64,000 nt of DNA, taken from contig OZ024749.1 in NCBI GenBank assembly GCA_964016885.1, positions 47,616,001 through 47,680,000 of the forward strand, read 5' to 3'. A model generated the notes under the pieces. That model was given only the letters and a program-made list of their open reading frames with translations, made no database searches and had not been told where the DNA came from. This DNA is from Eledone cirrhosa. Its lineage: Eukaryota. This document shows, one piece after another, positions 57,666 to 64,000 of this stretch. Every line of letters begins with the position of its first letter. The first letter of the stretch is position 1. A program made the position numbers and the translations under genes.

Positions 57666-57792
57666 GTTTCTGAAGATGGCGGTCGATCGAACAGGAATTT
57701 CGAGCCTCGAAACTAGAAACAGGTACTGACGTAACTACTATCATTCCGCGGTCTAGCCACGGTCAACCGAATCACTGAAACGATCGTAAGAC
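57666..57792 (+). ncRNA. Hammerhead with long stem II (family I)
   Basis: gttt CTGAAGA tgg cggtcgatcg...cggtcaaccg aatcact GAAA cgatcg TA agac; a GC-richer island in AT-rich DNA. Confidence 0.65.
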
Positions 57793-58414
57793 TATGAACT
57801 AATTTACTAACTTAATTTACTATCTCTGAATTATGTTTTGTTTTCATTGCTATATTTACACAGACGCACACACGAAAACAAACGTATATGTATGTATGTA
57901 TGTACATTTATGTGTTAGTGTGTGGGTGTTTGTCTTGATGGCTTAGCACGTGTGTGTGCGCGGACGTATATATAATTATAAACAAAAGAAGTTTAGTATC
58001 ATTAATCTTTCCAAAATGTCGAAACTTATATACATTACGCAAAATTCTTTCCAAAAGATACAATTACCGATCGATAAAGAAATAATTTTTTTTAATTGCC
58101 GTTTTTTCTCCAATCTCATTTCGGTTTATACAACAGGAAATTCTTTCGTGTTCAACTATTGTCTAGGCAACGAAATAGAGTATTAATTTTCAGGGGAATT
58201 AATTTCTTCGGCAGCTTTTTTTTTTCGCAGTAATTTTGAAGTTTACACTTTTCATCCTTTCAACGTTCATTGACTGATTGTCATCAGTTAAGATGGTAGC
58301 ATTTCAAGACGAAAATATGAACGAATTGTTATTAGAAGCAACATTGAAATAATAACAAGCATACTCCTCTCTAACACCTGCTCTTTTTCTTCCTCCACCT
58401 CCTCTCTCACAGAA

Positions 58415-58489
<75 letters not shown>

Positions 58490-58588
58490 CACTACTACTA
58501 CCAATGCTACTACAAATACTACTACTACTAATACTAATGCTACTGCTGCTGCTATGTTGCTGGTGCTGCTGCTGCTGCTGCTGCTGCA
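58415..58588. repeat. (TAC)n/(TGC)n microsatellite
   Basis: Direct reading. Confidence 0.95.
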
Positions 58589-59429
58589 ATAACAATACGA
58601 TGGAAAAATTATGCGTGTTGAGTACGTGATGGCTAACCGTAGTAAATATAATGTTATCTGTAAATAGCTAGATAGAGAGAGAAAGAGAGAGAGAGAGCGA
58701 GAGAGGGATAGAGAGAGAGAGAGAGACAGGCATACAGACAGACAGACAGACAGACAGAGAAATTGTTTCATATGTGTCTGCGTGTTTCTAAAAGCAATTG
58801 AAATAAATATATCTGAAAAACATTGATCATATTAATGGGAAGTGGGATATCTTAGAAGAGTTACCAAAACAAATGAAATGAATTAAGTGGAGTAATATAA
58901 GAAAAAAGGAACAAATGGTTGAAACTAAATGCTGTCAGAAAATAATAATCAGATCATATACATTAAATACAAATTACGTTAGAATTAAGTTAATATTGTC
59001 ATATTTCTTGAATTTGAAGTTGCAAATAATTACGGCAAAACTGTCAGCAATGGATAGAAATCGTCTTTATTTACAATAGCATGAGAACAGAAATTAATAT
59101 GATGATTAACGAAAGGAGAATAATTAAAGGTAAAGTTTGACCTTCAAAATCACTTCACTACTTGAAACAATTACCGTTAATGAAATAATTCTAAACTAAA
59201 ATATATAAATATTATAATAATGTCTAATAGCGATATTTAATTGTGTATGCATTTCACTCATCGTTTGCGAATAGTTTGTATACATACAGTAACAATATTA
59301 ATTCGAACATTAAAACTATATAATTGAAAACTTTCTGGAGTAAAAGAAATAAAATCTAAGCATATACAACAAACACACCCTCACGCATACGCACATATAT
59401 ACTCACATATATACTCACAAACGCGTATT

Positions 59430-59835
59430 CACCAGTTGCTTTCACTTCAACTTATTATAAATTAAATTTATAAATTTAGGAATTTATAAATTTCCGGTTG
59501 GTTGGTTCCACAACCAGATGATTGTTCATATATTGTCAAAGTTCTATCGTCACACATTATGTGACCTCATCAGTGACTGGGGATTCTTTTCTTTGTTTTT
59601 GTGCCTCTCCTTTGTTCTGTGACGAAAGAACTTTGATAATATATGAACAATCATCTGGTTGTGGAAACAACCAACCAACCGGAAATTTATAAATTCCTAA
59701 ATTTATAAATTTAATTTAAAATAAATTGAAGTGAAATCGTTTGGTGCGTGTGTTTCTTATTGGCAACATGACCCTCCCAAAGTATAACTATATCTGTTTC
59801 AACACACGTTTTCAGATAAAGAATCTTGCAAACAC
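59430..59835. mobile_element. Family B fold-back copy; hammerhead at 59535-59577 (minus) with GAAA changed to GATA
   Basis: 59430-59553 is inverted at 59618-59746; homologous to 11332-11928. Reverse complement: gtca CTGATGA g gtcacataatgtgtgac GATA gaac TT tgac. Confidence 0.88.
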
Positions 59836-60056
59836 TACGGCTTAATACTGGATGTTTGTTTAAAACACACCGAGCATTATAATAAATGTTCGGTGAATCC
59901 ATACGTGCTTATATATATATATATGTGTGCATGTATATATATATATATATACATACTACTTTGCGTCTGTATACATATATGTATGTACGTGTACATACTT
60001 ATATTTAAGTAACAGCAGTATTAAGTACGAAAATGAAATTTCGTTTCATGTTTTCC

Positions 60057-60099
<43 letters not shown>

Positions 60100-60660
60100 A
60101 CCACCTCCCCCATTCAATTATCTGAAGTATAATCTTTCCAGCGTCAACCATATCTTCTCATGTTATTAATTGTTTTTCATATCGTTTCATTTTTTTTTCT
60201 TATATTCTTTAATAAAAATAAAATATTGTAATTTGCCTAAGTGGATTTAGCATTCAAAGAAATAAATATCAAAATCCAAATCTCAAATTTATGCATTTGC
60301 TTATTTATCGAATCCTAACTATCAAAATGTAATCCATGTTCCTAGAAGGTGAAGAATGGCAAGCTCATTGATTGCCTGATATACACAAGAACATCAATCC
60401 CTCTGGTTCTACATCCCTGATGTTCTACGATGCTTTTTACAGACGGGAGATTGTCAAGCGTAATTCTGTTATGTATTGCATATGTCTAGGCATCTCCGAC
60501 TCTAATAAACAAGCACGAAATATGTAGCCACCACCGTTGGAAAACCTTCATCCTAAATTCAAATGAGGCACGGGCAGGGGGTTTTCTCTTATGCCCTTCA
60601 CACATTGGTCATTCCTTACCACTAACATTATGCCCGGGTTAAATGAAATGGGGAAGGGCT

Positions 60661-60839
60661 TCATCCGAAATACAAAGCTGTCAAGACAGCCATGAACAAG
60701 TCTGTTGTGTGGAAGTAGATCTCGAAACTTAGGTTGAAGAAAGATAGTGTGTTGTCCTTCACAATCTGGCCCGGCACCCCAGCCACTTGATGACATCGGT
60801 GACATTTTCTACAACCTCCGCCACATTGCTTTTTCGTGG
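60661..60839 (-). CDS. Possible terminal coding exon (TKKQCGGGCRKCHRCHQVAG...DLFMAVLTALYFG*)
   Basis: GC-richer unique island; acceptor-like tcctaccttaaacag at 60840; 58 open codons, Cys-rich then a hydrophobic end; no homology recognised. Confidence 0.25.
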
Positions 60840-60939
60840 CTGTTTAAGGTAGGATATGATGTATCTCCATAAATTGTTAATCCTCGCAAAATATTCAACA
60901 AAATGATGGTCGTTAATTGAAATATAATCTATTTATAAA

Positions 60940-60940
60940 A

Positions 60941-61004
<64 letters not shown>

Positions 61005-61043
61005 CACAGCAGCAGTAGCAGTGGTGGCGGTGGCGGCGGTGGC

Positions 61044-61078
<35 letters not shown>

Positions 61079-61079
61079 C

Positions 61080-61148
<69 letters not shown>

Positions 61149-61200
61149 TGTGGTGGCGGTGGTGGTGGCATTGATAGTGGTGGTAACCTCAGCAGCAGTA
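60940..61200. repeat. (TAG)n/(GGT)n microsatellite
   Basis: Direct reading. Confidence 0.95.
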
Positions 61201-61996
61201 ATTGTTGTTATAACATAAACTAGAAAAATCCAATAATACAAACTTTCGCCCAAATATGGCTACAGCGAATTATTTATATCATCAATACTGATTTTTAATA
61301 AGATGGTGCTTGATTCAATTTCTATATATCAAACCATCGATTGCAATACACACCTGGCTATTAGATACACACACGCGCAAATAAACGGTAACATACATAC
61401 CCCCCCCCACACACACACACACGCGCACACACATATATATATAGTTATATATATATATATATATATATGTATACTTGTAAGGTAACAAAAGTGTACCATT
61501 TAAAATAACTACATAAACATAGAAGCATGAACACAATAATTTTGTTTTTTATATTAATAATAATAAAAATAATATTAAACAATAATGTCTAGGATAAAAA
61601 ACAACTTAAAATATACAAAAGCAAATCTAAAATATCGCCAGTATCAGGGTTACTAATATTTAATTATTATTGTATTTTATGTAATCTTCAATTATTCATT
61701 CAAACTATCAAAAAACATCACGATTAATAATCTATCATGTACTCAGACACATACATATCTATTAATCTTATATACTCTTTACCACCCTCTGACGTGCTCT
61801 CTCCTCTTCTCTTTGTAAACCACAAATTCACACACACACACATAGCCATATGTATATCCATCTATATATCTGACTGTTGATATATATATATATATACAAA
61901 CTATGTAACTGTATATCAATCTCCCTCTCAGTGTTTTGGCCTGGAAAATAATATATATATATAGATATATTTAGATATATATAATCTGTTATTTTA

Positions 61997-62030
<34 letters not shown>

Positions 62031-62033
<3 letters not shown>

Positions 62034-62223
62034 TACAGGTAGGACCCCGACGGCGGAGCTCAAGCCGTTTCGATGGCTAATTCTGGACTCCAGAATTAGC
62101 CGTCGAACCGGCTTGAGCTCAGTCCTCAGGGTCCTCCTTGTTCCTATTACCCACTCTACTACCCTAAGTATTGAGTATGTTGGTGCGTTATGGTCCATAT
62201 GGTTCTTTACCACATCCCCTTCG

Positions 62224-62226
<3 letters not shown>
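62031..62226 (+). mobile_element. Family K fold-back element between (TA)n tracts
   Basis: 62042-62087 is the reverse complement of 62089-62135 (centre ctgga c tccag); 3' extension to 62226. Confidence 0.85.
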
Positions 62227-62287
<61 letters not shown>

Positions 62288-62298
62288 TTGTGTGTGTA

Positions 62299-62488
62299 AT
62301 AATTGTTTCTACTTTAGGCACAAGGCCAGCAATTACCCAGTGCATTACTGGTACTTTATTTTATCGACCCCGTAAGGATGAAAGGCAAAGTCAACCTCGG
62401 CGGGATTTGAACTCAGATCGTAAAGGGACGTAACTATGCTGGAAAGCATGGCGTCCGACCCACTACCGATACTGCCAATCCACCGCCC
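62299..62488 (-). mobile_element. SINE (main family), consensus-like full copy
   Basis: Full match; flanking direct repeat ttgtgtgtgta. Confidence 0.93.
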
Positions 62489-63757
62489 TTGTGTGTGTAT
62501 TAATGTGAGTATATATATATGATTGTGTGTGTGTATGTATACATATATATATATATACATATATATACACATATACATATATATATGTATGTATATATAT
62601 GTATACATATATATATATATATATATACATATATATACTCTTTTCCTGTCCACCTTTCGCCTCATGAAGGGTTTATGCTCGAAATGCGCCCCGCCCCCCA
62701 ACTCTCAAGCGTGAAACTAATATTAACATTTTGTACTGCCTCTTCGCTCCCTCGTTGTTGTTTTTTTTTTGTTTTCTTTTTAAAAAAAAAAAAATATATA
62801 TATATACACGCATACGCACACCCATATATGTATATATATATATATATACATATATGTACCCACTGAAACGGGGAAAGAATGGAGGAGGGGACAGATAGTG
62901 GTAAAATTCATACCTATTCGTATATGTGTTTGTGTGTGTTTGCACCCGTGTGTCTGTATTATGAATGTTTTTTAAAAAATGCGTTTCTGACTGTGTCTTT
63001 CCTTTTTACTTGTATTAATTATATATTTTATTTTGTGAATACATTTTAATTAGATTTCTTTGTGTCCACAAAGTATTGTATACATTTTTTTAACCATTTT
63101 TCGCACAACATTTTATTCAATTTTGGTTTATTTATTTTGTGAATAATATTATTTTATTTGTAAATTTTAATTAGTTTTTATTTATTATGTCTCATTTTCT
63201 TTTATTTCATATTATTTTTATTCATTAACTTCCTTTCTTTGCCTTTTTATGACTCGTCTTTTTTTTTTGTTTCATTATTTGTTTTCAATTTCCTTCTATA
63301 AATAATCGTTCTACTTTCATTTCAGTTTGTTTTTAATTCGAAATTTATGTTTATAGTGTTTACGTTTGTAGAATATTAATAAAACAAAATTCAAATATCT
63401 TAGACTCATTCATATTACGGGCTGAACGTTACACTTGATTGAACTAATTATTTTGAAACTTAAAATCTGAGACCTTACTAAGTCAGAAATATGGTTTTAT
63501 TCCTAACAAGTATCTCTTTAAATAATTGGTTAATCATGCATTACGATATGCTGCATTGTTCGCTCTCCACGGTTGAAAAACGAAACATATTTGAGTTGAA
63601 AAGTATTAGAATTCCAAATGTAGTTTGAATCATAGTGACCCTAGGGTATATGGGTTCTTGCTTCAGTTTAAGCTTAATGTATTATGTGTTGCTATTGCAT
63701 ACTCTGTTGAGAAAACGATGGTATAACCTCTCTAGCGTTGTCCTTTATACGCCCCAT

Positions 63758-63948
63758 TGGTGGATTGGAAGTAACGGTGGGGGTAGGACACCATATTTTG
63801 ACAGATAGAGTTACGCCCCTTGCCTTTCTGAGTTCAAATGCCGCCGAGGTTAACGTTGCCTTTCATCCTTACGGGGTCGATAAAATAACGTACCGGTAAT
63901 ATACTGAGAAAATTGCTAGTCTTGTGACAAAAGTATAGAAACGATTAT
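63758..63948 (+). mobile_element. SINE (main family)
   Basis: Consensus match. Confidence 0.88.
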
Positions 63949-64000
63949 TAGACTGTATGTTTTAGTCAAAATGTTACGGTAAAGCTTCTATTTATATTTA

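Noticed and set aside
62661-62690. cTCATGAagggtttatgctcGAAA hammerhead remnant
   Set aside because: G5 is mutated and there is no stem III or stem I; at most a dead relic.

Overview
This is a very AT-rich eukaryotic window, apparently intergenic or intronic, saturated with (TA)n, (CA)n, (GA)n, (TAA)n and (TAC)n microsatellites. The repeat content points to a cephalopod (octopod) genome, which is an inference. Most ORFs in the track are microsatellite artefacts. Three real mobile systems are visible. (1) About 18 copies of one tRNA-derived SINE with an (ATT)n tail, plus one copy of a second SINE family. (2) R4/Dong-type non-LTR retrotransposons with a restriction-like endonuclease (three families, one near full length at 35.3-38.7 kb), stacked in (TAA)n tracts. 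(3) Penelope-like elements (PLEs) with a C-terminal GIY-YIG domain and a CxCx5Cx5C linker, resembling the Hydra clade. One young 4.7-kb copy carries 1.46-kb inverted pseudo-LTRs. The main hidden signal is about 15 type I hammerhead ribozyme motifs from at least 9 sequence-unrelated short elements. Nearly all abut (TA)n, have self-complementary stem III, and often sit in fold-back palindromes. One carries the compensatory U3:A8 core variant. These look like a diverse population of non-coding ribozyme-bearing elements mobilised by TA-targeting PLEs. Host exons are only weakly suggested (about 1.7, 2.2 and 60.7 kb). All RNA structures were paired by eye and none has been computed or tested.
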